Assembly (NCBI GenBank): GCA_015233405.1
Contig: JADFXT010000003.1
Span: forward strand, 54,591-118,590
DNA: 64,000 nucleotides
Source of the DNA: Candidatus Omnitrophota bacterium
Lineage (GTDB): Bacteria; Omnitrophota; Gorgyraeia; Zapsychrales; Zapsychraceae
Direction of reading: 5' to 3'
Below are positions 45,794 to 55,316 of the stretch, piece after piece; the stretch's first letter is position 1; each line of letters opens with the position of its first letter. The translations under genes and the position numbers were made by a program. The notes under the pieces were generated by a model. That model ran no database searches, was not told where the DNA came from, and saw nothing but the letters and a program-made list of their open reading frames with translations.

Positions 45794-47242
45794 TTAGTCA
45801 TCCTTCAAAATATTATTAAGAAGAAGCCCTGCTGTTATCTGCGCTAATCCCAATGCCGTATACGCGATAATAAACGCTTGAATGCCGCATCGACCGAGAA
45901 TACTTAAATTAAGCCCCATTTGCGCCGCGCAGGGAATGGCAAAAGCGATCAGGTAAGCCGTGATATATCTTTCTTTCGGGGACCGAAGACAGCACGTGTT
46001 CATCGTGGCCATGGTTTTACAGCCAAATCCCAGCGCGATAGGCATGATGGCTTGGCCGCTTAACCCAAATTTCTCGAAGATTTTTTTCGTAAGGATGCAC
46101 AGGTTCGGGATATAACCGCTGTCTTCCAGAATATTAAAAAACAGGAAAAAGAATGAAAGGATCGGAAGCACCGTCATAATGGCGTTGGCCAGCCCCAGAG
46201 ATAAAATCCCGTAATTGCCTGTTAAAAATTCTTTCCAAAATTGGGAATAAATATGGACGTCGATTTGATGTGACACTGGAAGCCACAGATATTGATTCAT
46301 CCAGTTGGAGACGACATTGGCCACGTCCACGACGAGGACATACATCATCCAGACAACGCCAAGCAGAATAAATATTCCCCAAAGAGGATCACGGCATATT
46401 TGAGAAAATTTTTGTGAATACCCTTCAAGCGCGACCTTCTGCTTATGAATAACCGCGGAAAAAATCTCGTCAGCCCGCTCAATGAGCCTGCGTTTAATGA
46501 CCCGGGTAAAACTGCCTGAACAATTCTTGCGGACGATTTCGGCCGCTTGAAAGACATCCAGGGCGACATTTTCCCCGTATTGCTTTTTTATAAAACTCTC
46601 GATAAATTCATCTTTTTGAAGAAACAGCATTGCGATCTTCCGACGAAACACCATATCCGAAGGAAGCTTAGCCATGATAGTGCTAATACTTTCCTCTGTC
46701 AAAGTATCGTAGCCGCTAAGCTGCGGCATTGAATCAGCCTCCGCTATAGCCTTCTTTAATTCTTCCGTTCCAATACCCTTTGTGGCGACGGACTCAACGA
46801 CAGGGATTTCCAATAGTTCGGAAAGCCGACGCGAATCGATCCAGATGCCTCGTTTGGCGGTCTCGTCAATAGCGTTGACACAGAGCACCATCGGGATTCC
46901 CAATTCCATCAAATCCATCGTCAAAGTCAAAGATTGATTCAGCTGATTAGCGTCGGCGCACTGGACTAAGACATCCGGTTTTTCATTCAATATGGCATCT
47001 CGCGCGATCAACTCTTCGCGCGAATAGATATAGGAGCTATGCAAGGCCGGCGTGTCAATAATCTCATACCAACAATCTCCTCTCTCATATCGGCCTTTTT
47101 TTGTTTCCACTGTCGTATTATGATAATTTCCTACCAGAGTGTATTCGCCGCTCAGATTATTGAACACATGGCTTTTGCCAGTATTGGGCAAACCAACAAT
47201 CATGACTTTCTTTGTTTTCTTCACATCTCGTTCAATGACCAC
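45794..47242 (-). CDS. feoB: ferrous iron transporter FeoB, N-terminal G-domain plus most of the membrane domain
   Basis: G1 GLPNTGKS, G3 DTPA, G4 NAID. Gate/nucleoside-recognition membrane region. Ends NNILKDD-TAA. Confidence 0.9.
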   Translation of the reverse strand: MVIERDVKKTKKVMIVGLPNTGKSHVFNNLSGEYTLVGNYHNTTVETKKGRYERGDCWYEIIDTPALHSSYIYSREELIARDAILNEKPDVLVQCADANQLNQSLTLTMDLMELGIPMVLCVNAIDETAKRGIWIDSRRLSELLEIPVVESVATKGIGTEELKKAIAEADSMPQLSGYDTLTEESISTIMAKLPSDMVFRRKIAMLFLQKDEFIESFIKKQYGENVALDVFQAAEIVRKNCSGSFTRVIKRRLIERADEIFSAVIHKQKVALEGYSQKFSQICRDPLWGIFILLGVVWMMYVLVVDVANVVSNWMNQYLWLPVSHQIDVHIYSQFWKEFLTGNYGILSLGLANAIMTVLPILSFFFLFFNILEDSGYIPNLCILTKKIFEKFGLSGQAIMPIALGFGCKTMATMNTCCLRSPKERYITAYLIAFAIPCAAQMGLNLSILGRCGIQAFIIAYTALGLAQITAGLLLNNILKDD

Positions 47243-47285
47243 TTTCTGCCTTTCTTGTTAATTCATTCAACGGGAACTCTAAATC

Positions 47286-47723
47286 TCATCTCTTGCACAT
47301 CCTACAAACCCCATAAAGTTCAAGCTTGTGCCGCTCAGGGTAAAACCCGTGACGGGCAAAAAGTTTATCCTGAAGCCTTTCTATCTCAGGATCAAAAACC
47401 TCAACAAACCTCCCACACTTGGTACAAATAAGATGGTCGTGATGGGAACCAGCCGAGGCAAACTCATATCTCGACGAACCGTCTTCACACCTAAGCTCAT
47501 TCAACACGCCGGCATCGCACAAAAGCCGAAGGGAACGGTAGACCGTAGCCTGGCCTATCCCAGAGCGTTTCTTATTCAGAAGCGCTAACACCTCGTGCGC
47601 CGTAAGATGCCTCTTGGGGCTCGCTGAGATGGCCTTGAGGACCGTCAGACGCTTATGGCTCTGTTTAAGTTTCTGCGACGAGATATAATCCGAGAGTTTT
47701 TCATGTTCCTTGGGCGTAGACAT
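47286..47723 (-). CDS. fur: Fur-family transcriptional regulator
   Basis: 145 aa. Winged helix (ATVYRSLRLL), HHDHLICTKCGRFVEV and a C-terminal CRMC. Confidence 0.9.
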   Translation of the reverse strand: MSTPKEHEKLSDYISSQKLKQSHKRLTVLKAISASPKRHLTAHEVLALLNKKRSGIGQATVYRSLRLLCDAGVLNELRCEDGSSRYEFASAGSHHDHLICTKCGRFVEVFDPEIERLQDKLFARHGFYPERHKLELYGVCRMCKR

Positions 47724-47739
47724 ATTTAACCTCCATTTC

Positions 47740-47758
47740 GATATTGATAATCATTATC
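47740..47758. promoter_or_regulatory. Fur box
   Basis: GATATTGATAATCATTATC matches 18 of 19 positions of GATAATGATAATCATTATC. It contains the perfect 7-1-7 palindrome TGATAATCATTATCA (47745-47759). Confidence 0.8.
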
Positions 47759-47787
47759 ATTTTAACGGCTACTAACTTTTATGTCAA
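47759..47787 (-). promoter_or_regulatory. sigma70-type promoter of fur (TTGACA-17 nt-TAAAAT)
   Basis: Minus strand reads ttgaca taaaagttagtagccgt taaaat, directly abutting the Fur box. GGAGG RBS. Confidence 0.6.
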
Positions 47788-47804
47788 GGGTTTAATAAAA
47801 ATAT

Positions 47805-48341
47805 CTAGGACTTTTTGGAAATCAGCGCTTGGTAGGCCAGCAAGGCAAGGATGGTGAAGCTGTCGAGCATTTCACCTTTTTTAATCATGGAAAGACATTG
47901 GCGGAAAGAAAACCATCTCTTCTCAAAAATTTCTTCCGGATCAGGAGAGAAATCTTTATCTTCGGTAAAATCCGTGGCATGAAAAAGATGTGTTGGCGTA
48001 TGAACAGACTCGAGGGTTTCCTGATAAAACAAAAGCGGCTTAATATTCTTGCAGCGAACGCCAGTCTCTTCGTAACATTCACGAACAATGGCTTTAGCCG
48101 GCGTCTCACCCGGTTTCACACCGCCGCCGGGAATTTCCCAAGAATCCCGATTGATAAGCACGCGGTATTGGCGGACCAAAAGGACCATATTATTACGAAT
48201 GACAACAATACCAACCCGCTCGTCAAACTCAGCCACATAAAAATCTTTCTGGCGCTTACCGAAATCCATGGTGACACGCGAAACCCGGCCGTAGGGATTT
48301 TGATGAATAATTTTATTACTTTTCGTTTTAGGTTTACGCAT
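47805..48341 (-). CDS. NUDIX hydrolase
   Basis: Nudix box GGGVKPGETPAKAIVRECYEETG. Confidence 0.85.
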   Translation of the reverse strand: MRKPKTKSNKIIHQNPYGRVSRVTMDFGKRQKDFYVAEFDERVGIVVIRNNMVLLVRQYRVLINRDSWEIPGGGVKPGETPAKAIVRECYEETGVRCKNIKPLLFYQETLESVHTPTHLFHATDFTEDKDFSPDPEEIFEKRWFSFRQCLSMIKKGEMLDSFTILALLAYQALISKKS

Positions 48342-49043
48342 TTAGTAACTATCGTCCAGATGTTCATCGACGTAAGTGGCCAAAAGTTCGGCGACCTTCG
48401 GCGGCGGCGTAGCGCTGAAATAGCTGTCAATAATCGCATGACCCATCTCATGAGAAATGACAGAATCCGAAATATCCTCTAAGGATGTATAAATGGTTTT
48501 ATATCGGTCAACATAAAACGATTTATAATCATGGGTCTCCTTAAACATGATCCAATATTCATTATTTAATTCCGCGCGGGTTCTAAAAACTTTGATCTTG
48601 ATATCTATCCGTGGGCTCATCGCAAGGATTTGTTCCACCCGAAGCAGGATCGTCTCTAGCCGGGCGATAATCCTTTTTTCGATGGCATACGCCGGATTGG
48701 CAAAGAGATCTTTTTCCAGCGTCGAGACCGAGAACGAACGGCTGCGCAATCTTGCCTCTAATGTCCTTAAATTAATCTCACTGGGATATTCCAACGTCAT
48801 TTGCTTACTTTGATAAGCGGCCCAGCCCGGGGTTTCCTGACTAATATCGACTTCAGCAATCCCGCCGGGCTCAGTTAAAAGATTGATATTGGTCATATCC
48901 ACATCAGGGACAGTTTCCTCTCGCTGCGCCATCGCCAGCACATTGCAAGCCCCGGCAACAACAAACCCCAGGATGATAAGGATGTATTTATAATTCGAAT
49001 TTCTTAAAAAGCTTTTTGGCATTTTCAATTTTTTCTCGGTCAT
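48342..49043 (-). CDS. exported hypothetical protein with HExxH motif (putative metallopeptidase-like)
   Basis: N-terminal hydrophobic anchor and VISHEMGHAIID near the C-terminus. The start is uncertain (49043 or 49022). Confidence 0.5.
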   Translation of the reverse strand: MTEKKLKMPKSFLRNSNYKYILIILGFVVAGACNVLAMAQREETVPDVDMTNINLLTEPGGIAEVDISQETPGWAAYQSKQMTLEYPSEINLRTLEARLRSRSFSVSTLEKDLFANPAYAIEKRIIARLETILLRVEQILAMSPRIDIKIKVFRTRAELNNEYWIMFKETHDYKSFYVDRYKTIYTSLEDISDSVISHEMGHAIIDSYFSATPPPKVAELLATYVDEHLDDSY

Positions 49044-49539
49044 GTTCGGATAATTTGGATATCTCTATGTCGTCGACCTCTTTTTTGATTTCAAGAATTC
49101 TGGTGCGCAAAGACAGCACCATTTGATTTAAGGCTTTCGCTAAATCCTTAAGTTCATCTTTCTTACGCACATGAAAACTCATGGCCAAATTCCCCTGGCT
49201 TACTTCAGCCAAGTCTTTTTCTAACCGATATAAAGGCCCGGCAATCCTGTGAGAGATAAAAAGGGTCAAGATGATCGTAGCTGTCCCGGCGATCATGATG
49301 GCAACGAGGCTGCTTAAGACCAAAAGCGGCAGGATGAAATCCGACGTGCTTTTAATCTGCAACCGCGAATTTTCAAAGACCGTGGTCACTGTCTTGGCGG
49401 ATAAAGCGTAAACAATCCCTCCGATCAAAAGAGCGACAAGAATAACTACCGCACAAAATTTCAAGATAAAGTCTCTTTGAAACTCCATCTTAACTATCCG
49501 AACCCGCCTTCTCTTGAATTGGATATTATTATTCTGCAT
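48988..49539 (-). CDS. two-TM HAMP-domain protein
   Basis: Two TM helices flank a short loop, then a HAMP-like segment (HRIAGPLYRLEKDLAEVSQGNLAMSF...LKDLAKALNQM). Confidence 0.65.
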   Translation of the reverse strand: MQNNNIQFKRRRVRIVKMEFQRDFILKFCAVVILVALLIGGIVYALSAKTVTTVFENSRLQIKSTSDFILPLLVLSSLVAIMIAGTATIILTLFISHRIAGPLYRLEKDLAEVSQGNLAMSFHVRKKDELKDLAKALNQMVLSLRTRILEIKKEVDDIEISKLSEHDREKIENAKKLFKKFEL

Positions 49540-49540
49540 A

Positions 49541-50401
49541 TCATTCTCCCTTTTTGCCTACAGCAGCATTTAATTTAAGACTTTGAAAAACGTCGTCATG
49601 TCGAACCACGCGGGCACTATCTTTTAAATTCTTCACCCAGCGGTTCAACTTGTCCTGGACTTTCTTGCGTAAAACCATTTTCTTCAGCTGGCCGACCATC
49701 TGTTCATAGGCTTTAAGATTTTCCTGGCTCTCTCCGATCGCTTTAAAAACCACCCAAGTGTTGTTATATTCCAGCGGCGCAGAAATCTGTCCCGCCTTCA
49801 AAGAAAAAAGAGTGTCTTCCAGCGGCTTTGACAATTCTCCGGCGGAAAAGTCCGCAGCCTGAGAAAATAAAATCCTCTCTTTAAGCTGCAGGGCAACAGC
49901 ATCAAAATTGACACCGGATTTGCTCAACGTTGCCGCAGAATCCTTATCTTTACAGTAAACCATTTGCGCTTGAATTTTACGGCTTAAAAGAGCATAGGCA
50001 TTCTTTAATTCCTCTTCACTTACCGTCGATGTTCGAATATATTCATTGGTTTTTCGATTCATGATCCTTTTGATGAGCGCCTGTTTCCAGTAATCTTCAA
50101 TCTCTTTCATAAAATGCTTGTCCTTATCTAAGTTCGACTTCTGAGCTTCCTGAACCAAGAGCTCTTTAGTCAGCAGATCTTGATAAATCTGCTCCTTGAG
50201 CGCAGGGACATCTTCAGCTTTTAAGACATCCGGCACAGATAAAAGAGCCTCTACTTGAAAATCCTCTGCGGTCAGCCGATAATTATTGATTTCCGCGACG
50301 ACAGGGCTATTCTGTTCCTTTTTAGCACACCCGGCGGCCACAAGCCCGGCGAGAATAATCGCCCCCCAAACATAATAATGCCGTTTTTTCAATTTATTCA
50401 T
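49541..50401 (-). CDS. SurA/PpiD-like peptidyl-prolyl isomerase lipoprotein
   Basis: Lipobox LVAAGC. SurA-N-like helices and a parvulin-like segment. The ATG at 50401 has an AAGGAG RBS. Confidence 0.7.
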   Translation of the reverse strand: MNKLKKRHYYVWGAIILAGLVAAGCAKKEQNSPVVAEINNYRLTAEDFQVEALLSVPDVLKAEDVPALKEQIYQDLLTKELLVQEAQKSNLDKDKHFMKEIEDYWKQALIKRIMNRKTNEYIRTSTVSEEELKNAYALLSRKIQAQMVYCKDKDSAATLSKSGVNFDAVALQLKERILFSQAADFSAGELSKPLEDTLFSLKAGQISAPLEYNNTWVVFKAIGESQENLKAYEQMVGQLKKMVLRKKVQDKLNRWVKNLKDSARVVRHDDVFQSLKLNAAVGKKGE

Positions 50402-50440
50402 CTTCTGCTCCTTTATGATAAGACCAACAAACATATTTTA

Positions 50441-52294
50441 TTATCCATCCTGATCAGTGTAATTACCTGCAATAATTGCTTTCATCTCTTCCATGACACC
50501 TTCGACATCCATGACCGCAACGAGACGATGCAATCGTTTTATTCCGCGGCCTAAATTTTCTAAATCAAATTCTTGAGGCTGGCTGATAAAAATTTTATCA
50601 TGCTTCGTCGCCGCATCTTTTTCCTTGTCCAACAAAAGTTCTTCTTCCAATTTCTCGCCGGGACGTAGCCCAATGAATTTAATGCTGATATCTTTATCAA
50701 TGGTTAACCCTGATAATGCGATCAAATTTCTGGCGATCTCGATGACTTTGATCTGCTCGCCCATGTCCAGAATAAAAAGCTCGCCGCATTTGCCCATGGA
50801 TCCCGCCTGCAGCACAAGCATGACCGCCTCGGTGATGCTCATAAAATAGCGTTTGACGTCCGGGTGCGTGATGGTGATCGGCCCCCCGTCGGCAATTTGT
50901 TTTTTAAATAAAGGGACCACGCTTCCCGCCGAACCTAAAACATTACCAAACCGGACCGCCATAAATTTCGTCTTGCTGACCTTGGCCTTGGCCTGCAAAA
51001 TCATCTCGGCCACGCGCTTACTCATCCCCATCACATTGATCGGATTGACCGCTTTGTCCGTTGAGATAAGAACGAACCGTTCGACCCCATAATGGTGCGC
51101 GGCATAGATCATGTTTCGGCTGCCTAAGACGTTGTTTTTGACCGCCGCGATCGGATTTTCTTCCATCAAAGGAACATGTTTGTGCGCGGCCGCGTGAAAG
51201 ATGACCTCCGGCGTTTCTTTGGTAAAAAGCCGTTTTAAAAGTCCAACATCCCGAATGTCCCCGATGCAAGTTTTGATGGAGACGGAAGGATAGCGGACCT
51301 TAAACTCAATCGTCAAAAAATAAACGAAATTCTCGTGATGATCAAAGAGGATGATTTCCTTTGGATTAAACCGCACGATCTGCCGACAAATTTCAGACCC
51401 AATAGACCCACCGGCTCCCGTCACTAAGACAACCTTCCCTCCAACATAATTCCGGATTTCATCCTCATTGATGCGAACAGTCTCCCGGCCCAAAAGGTCT
51501 TCGGGCTTTACATCACGCGCCCGCACTTCCATTTCGCCGCTTAATATCTTGCTAAAACCGGGGACTACTTTTATTTTTGCTGGAGTTTGTTCACAATAAG
51601 AAAGGATGTCACGCACCACTTCTCCCTGCGCTGAAGGAATCGCAAGAATGATTTCATCGACTTCGGATTCTTCCACGACACGAGGGATGTCTCTACGGCC
51701 ACCAAGGATCCTGATCCCCTGAATGCTTTCATCGATCTTGATCTTATCGTCGTCAATAAACCCAACGATCCAGCCCAAGCTTGGATTTTTGCGGTATTCG
51801 CGAAGGAGCATGAGTCCCGCCTCCCCAGCGCCGACAATCAAAATCCGCCGGATGCCGTCTTTATACCCGCGGTAATAATTTTCCTTAATAAAAATTGAGA
51901 TAAAACGAATCCCGCCGACAAGCCCCGTACATAGAACAAAATCGACGATAAAAATAGACCTCGGGAATCCTTGACCGCCCCATAAAGCCACGCTTATGAT
52001 AAAAAAAGCCGTGGCAGACACATTGGCCTTCAAAATTTTCATTAAATCATATATGGAAGAATACATCCAAAGTCCGCGATATAAACCAAAATAAGCAAAC
52101 ACCAATAACTTGACAGGGATAATTAAAAAAAACGCATTAAAGAATCCCGGCAATTCACTTAAGGGAATAGAAAAGTCAAACCTCAATAGAAAGCTCAAAG
52201 AATATGCCACGACCACAATGGCAACATGGGCCAAGAGAATAATCCCCCGTCGATATCGTAAAATGATCTCTTGTTTAGTTTCGTTAACCCCCAT
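50441..52294 (-). CDS. polysaccharide biosynthesis protein CapD/PglF/WbpM-like (membrane-bound nucleotide-sugar 4,6-dehydratase)
   Basis: 617 aa. Four N-terminal TM helices. Two Rossmann motifs (ILIVGAGEAG; VLVTGAGGSIGSE). YGVERFVLISTDKAVNP, MGMSKR. Confidence 0.9.
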   Translation of the reverse strand: MGVNETKQEIILRYRRGIILLAHVAIVVVAYSLSFLLRFDFSIPLSELPGFFNAFFLIIPVKLLVFAYFGLYRGLWMYSSIYDLMKILKANVSATAFFIISVALWGGQGFPRSIFIVDFVLCTGLVGGIRFISIFIKENYYRGYKDGIRRILIVGAGEAGLMLLREYRKNPSLGWIVGFIDDDKIKIDESIQGIRILGGRRDIPRVVEESEVDEIILAIPSAQGEVVRDILSYCEQTPAKIKVVPGFSKILSGEMEVRARDVKPEDLLGRETVRINEDEIRNYVGGKVVLVTGAGGSIGSEICRQIVRFNPKEIILFDHHENFVYFLTIEFKVRYPSVSIKTCIGDIRDVGLLKRLFTKETPEVIFHAAAHKHVPLMEENPIAAVKNNVLGSRNMIYAAHHYGVERFVLISTDKAVNPINVMGMSKRVAEMILQAKAKVSKTKFMAVRFGNVLGSAGSVVPLFKKQIADGGPITITHPDVKRYFMSITEAVMLVLQAGSMGKCGELFILDMGEQIKVIEIARNLIALSGLTIDKDISIKFIGLRPGEKLEEELLLDKEKDAATKHDKIFISQPQEFDLENLGRGIKRLHRLVAVMDVEGVMEEMKAIIAGNYTDQDG

Positions 52295-52295
52295 A

Positions 52296-52916
52296 TTAAT
52301 CCTTCCCTTGTTTCGACTTTAATCTAACAACCGTAGCTCCAATGGCTGAAATATCGGTCATCAAACTGATTTTGCCTCGAACATATTCCAAATTGATTTT
52401 TAATTTATCCGGCAAAATAACCTCGGTATAAAATTTTTCGGGGTCATTATTTTGCGCCAACAATTCTTCTTCATGACGATATTTGATAGAGGCTAAATCC
52501 GTCACCCCCGGGCGAACACTCAAGACCTCGGCATTCGCTCCTCTATAAAACGCTTCGTACTTTGGGACCTCCGGTCTTGGGCCGACAAAGCTCATCTGAC
52601 CGACTAAGACATTAAACAATTGCGGCAATTCGTCTATTTTTGTCCATCTTAAAAATCCGCCGGCTTTGGTAATACGATTTTTCCTCCCAGGCTCAAAGAG
52701 CAATCTTTCCTTCGAAGAATCCGTAAACATCGTTCTAAATTTCATCAGAGGAAACAACCGGCCTCCCCGCCCCATTCTTTTCTGGATAAAAAAAACCGGC
52801 CCCGGCGAATCCAGTTTGATCCAAATCCCCACAACACAAAATAATGGGATCAAAACCAGAATCCCAACGAGAGAAAAAATAATATCAAACAACCTTTTGC
52901 CAAATGATCTATACAT
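52296..52916 (-). CDS. initiating sugar-phosphate transferase (bacterial sugar transferase, PglC/WbaP-C-like)
   Basis: MYRSFGKRLFDIIFSLVGILVL...GPVFFIQKRMGRGG..KFRTM...DELPQLFNVLVGQMSFVGPRP. The ATG at 52916 is preferred; track start is 52952. Confidence 0.85.
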   Translation of the reverse strand: MYRSFGKRLFDIIFSLVGILVLIPLFCVVGIWIKLDSPGPVFFIQKRMGRGGRLFPLMKFRTMFTDSSKERLLFEPGRKNRITKAGGFLRWTKIDELPQLFNVLVGQMSFVGPRPEVPKYEAFYRGANAEVLSVRPGVTDLASIKYRHEEELLAQNNDPEKFYTEVILPDKLKINLEYVRGKISLMTDISAIGATVVRLKSKQGKD

Positions 52917-54081
52917 GCCGATTCCGTTTAATAACGTTCTTAACCGCATCAATGACCTGCGCGACCTGATCTTTGGTCATCCCCGGGAAAATAGGCAAAG
53001 AGATCATCCGTTCATACGCCCATTCGCTATGAGGATAATCTTTAGCCTTAAATCCAAATTTTTCCTGATAAAACGGATGCCGATAGAGCGGAATAAAATG
53101 CACGCTCGTCGAAATTCCTTGCTGAGCTAATTCTTCAATAAATTGAGCGCGGTCAATGGAAAGCTTCTCAAGGGCAAGTTTAATGACATACAAATGCCAA
53201 CTTGTTACCCGGTCAGGGCGAATGACCGGACAAATAATCTCCGGCAGCGTCGTGAAATTTTTATGATACATCTCGGCAATGGCTTGGCGCTTTTTCCACA
53301 TCATCTCAAGCTTCTTAAGCTGAACTAATCCCAACGCGGCATTCATATCCGTCGTATTATACTTATAGCCGGCGCCGACAATCTCATAATACCAATGCCC
53401 GCCTTTCGCGTAACGTTTCCACGCATCCCGGTTCATCCCGTGAAGCCGCATAATTTTCATCCGCTCGGCCCATTTCGGATTTTCCGTCGTTATCATACCG
53501 CCTTCGCCGGTCGCCAACGTCTTTGTGGCATAAAAACTAAAACACGTAATGTCCGCAAGCGTTCCAACTTTTTTTCCTTTATACCACGACGGAAGCGTAT
53601 GCGCGGCATCTTCAATCAAAGAAAGCTTGTGTTTCTTGGCAATTCTTTTGATCCGGTCATAATCAACCGGCTGGCCAGCATAATCAACGACAATAATCGC
53701 CTTGGTACGGGAAGTGATGCCGTCTTCAATTTTTGACGCGTCGATATTAAGCGTATCCGGTTCGACATCTACCAAAACCGGTTTGGCCTTAAAATAACAA
53801 ACGACCTCGGCGGTGGCAGTAAACGTAATGGCGGGGACCAAAACTTCATCCCCTTCTTTAATCCCAATCGCTTCTAATGCTAAATGTAATGCGGCCGTGC
53901 AGGAATTAACAGCGAGCGCATATTTTGCACCAACATAAGTTCTAAACTTTTCCTCAAACTCGACGGTTTTGGGCCCCATGGTGATCCAACCGGACTCAAT
54001 CGCCTCAGTCACGGCTTTGATTTCCTCTTTCCCGACGAACGCCCGGTGAAAAGGAACATGTTGTGATTTCTTTTGTGCCAT
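52909..54081 (-). CDS. DegT/DnrJ/EryC1/StrS-family sugar aminotransferase
   Basis: FEEKF..YVGAKYALAVNSCTAALHLAL, FSFYATKTLATGEGGM (PLP Lys). The start at 54081 (MAQKK) is preferred. Confidence 0.9.
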   Translation of the reverse strand: MAQKKSQHVPFHRAFVGKEEIKAVTEAIESGWITMGPKTVEFEEKFRTYVGAKYALAVNSCTAALHLALEAIGIKEGDEVLVPAITFTATAEVVCYFKAKPVLVDVEPDTLNIDASKIEDGITSRTKAIIVVDYAGQPVDYDRIKRIAKKHKLSLIEDAAHTLPSWYKGKKVGTLADITCFSFYATKTLATGEGGMITTENPKWAERMKIMRLHGMNRDAWKRYAKGGHWYYEIVGAGYKYNTTDMNAALGLVQLKKLEMMWKKRQAIAEMYHKNFTTLPEIICPVIRPDRVTSWHLYVIKLALEKLSIDRAQFIEELAQQGISTSVHFIPLYRHPFYQEKFGFKAKDYPHSEWAYERMISLPIFPGMTKDQVAQVIDAVKNVIKRNRHV

Positions 54082-54101
54082 CCGTTTCCCTTGCCTTATT
54101 C

Positions 54102-55160
54102 CTATAGCCTTCCCAATCGGCATTTCTTTGGTCTAAATCTTAAATAAACTTCCTTACCAGTTTCAATAGATTCATAAATCGCGTTGATGAGCTCCAAAGA
54201 TTTGCGCCCCTCTAATCCGTCGACTAAGGCCGGTTGATTATTAATCACCGCATCCGTCACATGTTGAAGATACGCCATATGGCCAAAACCATACACATTC
54301 GGCGGATTCTCGCGATATTTTTCTAAAATGATTTTATCTTCTTCTCGAGGGTCGGAAAAATTCCAAACCTTCATTTCATTGACGGCAAAGCCCCCGATTT
54401 CTACGGCCCCTTTTTCGCCTAAAATGGAAATCGACCCTTCCAAGTCTTTCGGCCGGGCAGCCGTTGTCGCTTCAATCACGCCTAAGGCCCCATTTTTAAA
54501 CTTAACGACCACAACTCCGGTATCTTCCACTTCAATATTCACGAGCGCCGTCGTGGATTTGGCAAAAACGCTTTCCGCCTCGCCGACAAGCCACTCCAAC
54601 AGGTCAATATGATGGCTTGCCTGATTGGCAAACACGCCGCCATCCATGTTCCATTTTCCACGCCAGGAATCCTGGTCATAATATTTCTGGTCCCGGCACC
54701 AACGCACACGAACCGTCCCTAAAACGATCTTGCCTAGCCTTCCCTCATCCAAGGCCTGCCGCAATTTTTGCACCGGATAATTATAACGGTTCTGCTTTAC
54801 GACGAACAGTTTGATACCTGCCTCATCGCAAGCACGGATCATGGCATCCGCATCATCCAGCGTTAAAGACATCGGCTTCTCGACGACAATATGTTTCTTG
54901 TATTTAGTAAGCCCGATGACATGCCGCGCGTGAAGGCCGCTGGGCGTCAAGACAGAAACCACATCAATCTTTTCCTTATCCATCATCTCGAACATGTCCG
55001 TATAAAACGGGACCTTAAAACGCTCCCCAAAACTCTGCGCCCTTTTTACATCAATATCGCAAACAGCCTTTAGACACGCGTCTTTGATCTGATTAAACCC
55101 TAGCAGTTCCGCATGTCGCTTGGCAATACGCCCACAACCCACAAGAGCGAAATTTAACAT
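54102..55160 (-). CDS. Gfo/Idh/MocA-family NAD-dependent sugar oxidoreductase
   Basis: FALVGCGRIAKRH Rossmann motif, VVVEKPM, and a C-terminal alpha/beta domain. AGGAGG RBS. Confidence 0.85.
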   Translation of the reverse strand: MLNFALVGCGRIAKRHAELLGFNQIKDACLKAVCDIDVKRAQSFGERFKVPFYTDMFEMMDKEKIDVVSVLTPSGLHARHVIGLTKYKKHIVVEKPMSLTLDDADAMIRACDEAGIKLFVVKQNRYNYPVQKLRQALDEGRLGKIVLGTVRVRWCRDQKYYDQDSWRGKWNMDGGVFANQASHHIDLLEWLVGEAESVFAKSTTALVNIEVEDTGVVVVKFKNGALGVIEATTAARPKDLEGSISILGEKGAVEIGGFAVNEMKVWNFSDPREEDKIILEKYRENPPNVYGFGHMAYLQHVTDAVINNQPALVDGLEGRKSLELINAIYESIETGKEVYLRFRPKKCRLGRL

Positions 55161-55283
55161 TCATTCCTCCTTAACTTCGGAATTTGATAACCTTGATATT
55201 TCATCCGGAATGCGGGTATATGTCCCATTCCAGCCAATGTACCAAACCCATATATTACATGAATTAAAAAGAAAACAAAAGGC

Positions 55284-55307
55284 AAAAAAATGCACAAAGT
55301 GCATTTT
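55284..55307 (-). terminator. rho-independent terminator after the GT2 gene
   Basis: Minus-strand RNA: aaaaugcac-uuu-gugcauuuu followed by uuugcc. Lies 10 nt after the stop at 55317. Confidence 0.5.
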
Positions 55308-55316
55308 AAACGAAAA

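Noticed and set aside
45794-45796. In-frame TAA in feoB as evidence for TAA reassignment or an alternative genetic code
   Set aside because: TAA terminates many well-delimited genes in the same window (e.g. the 3-1577 gene, the STAS gene, pstB, gap and the OMF gene) at positions matching expected protein ends.
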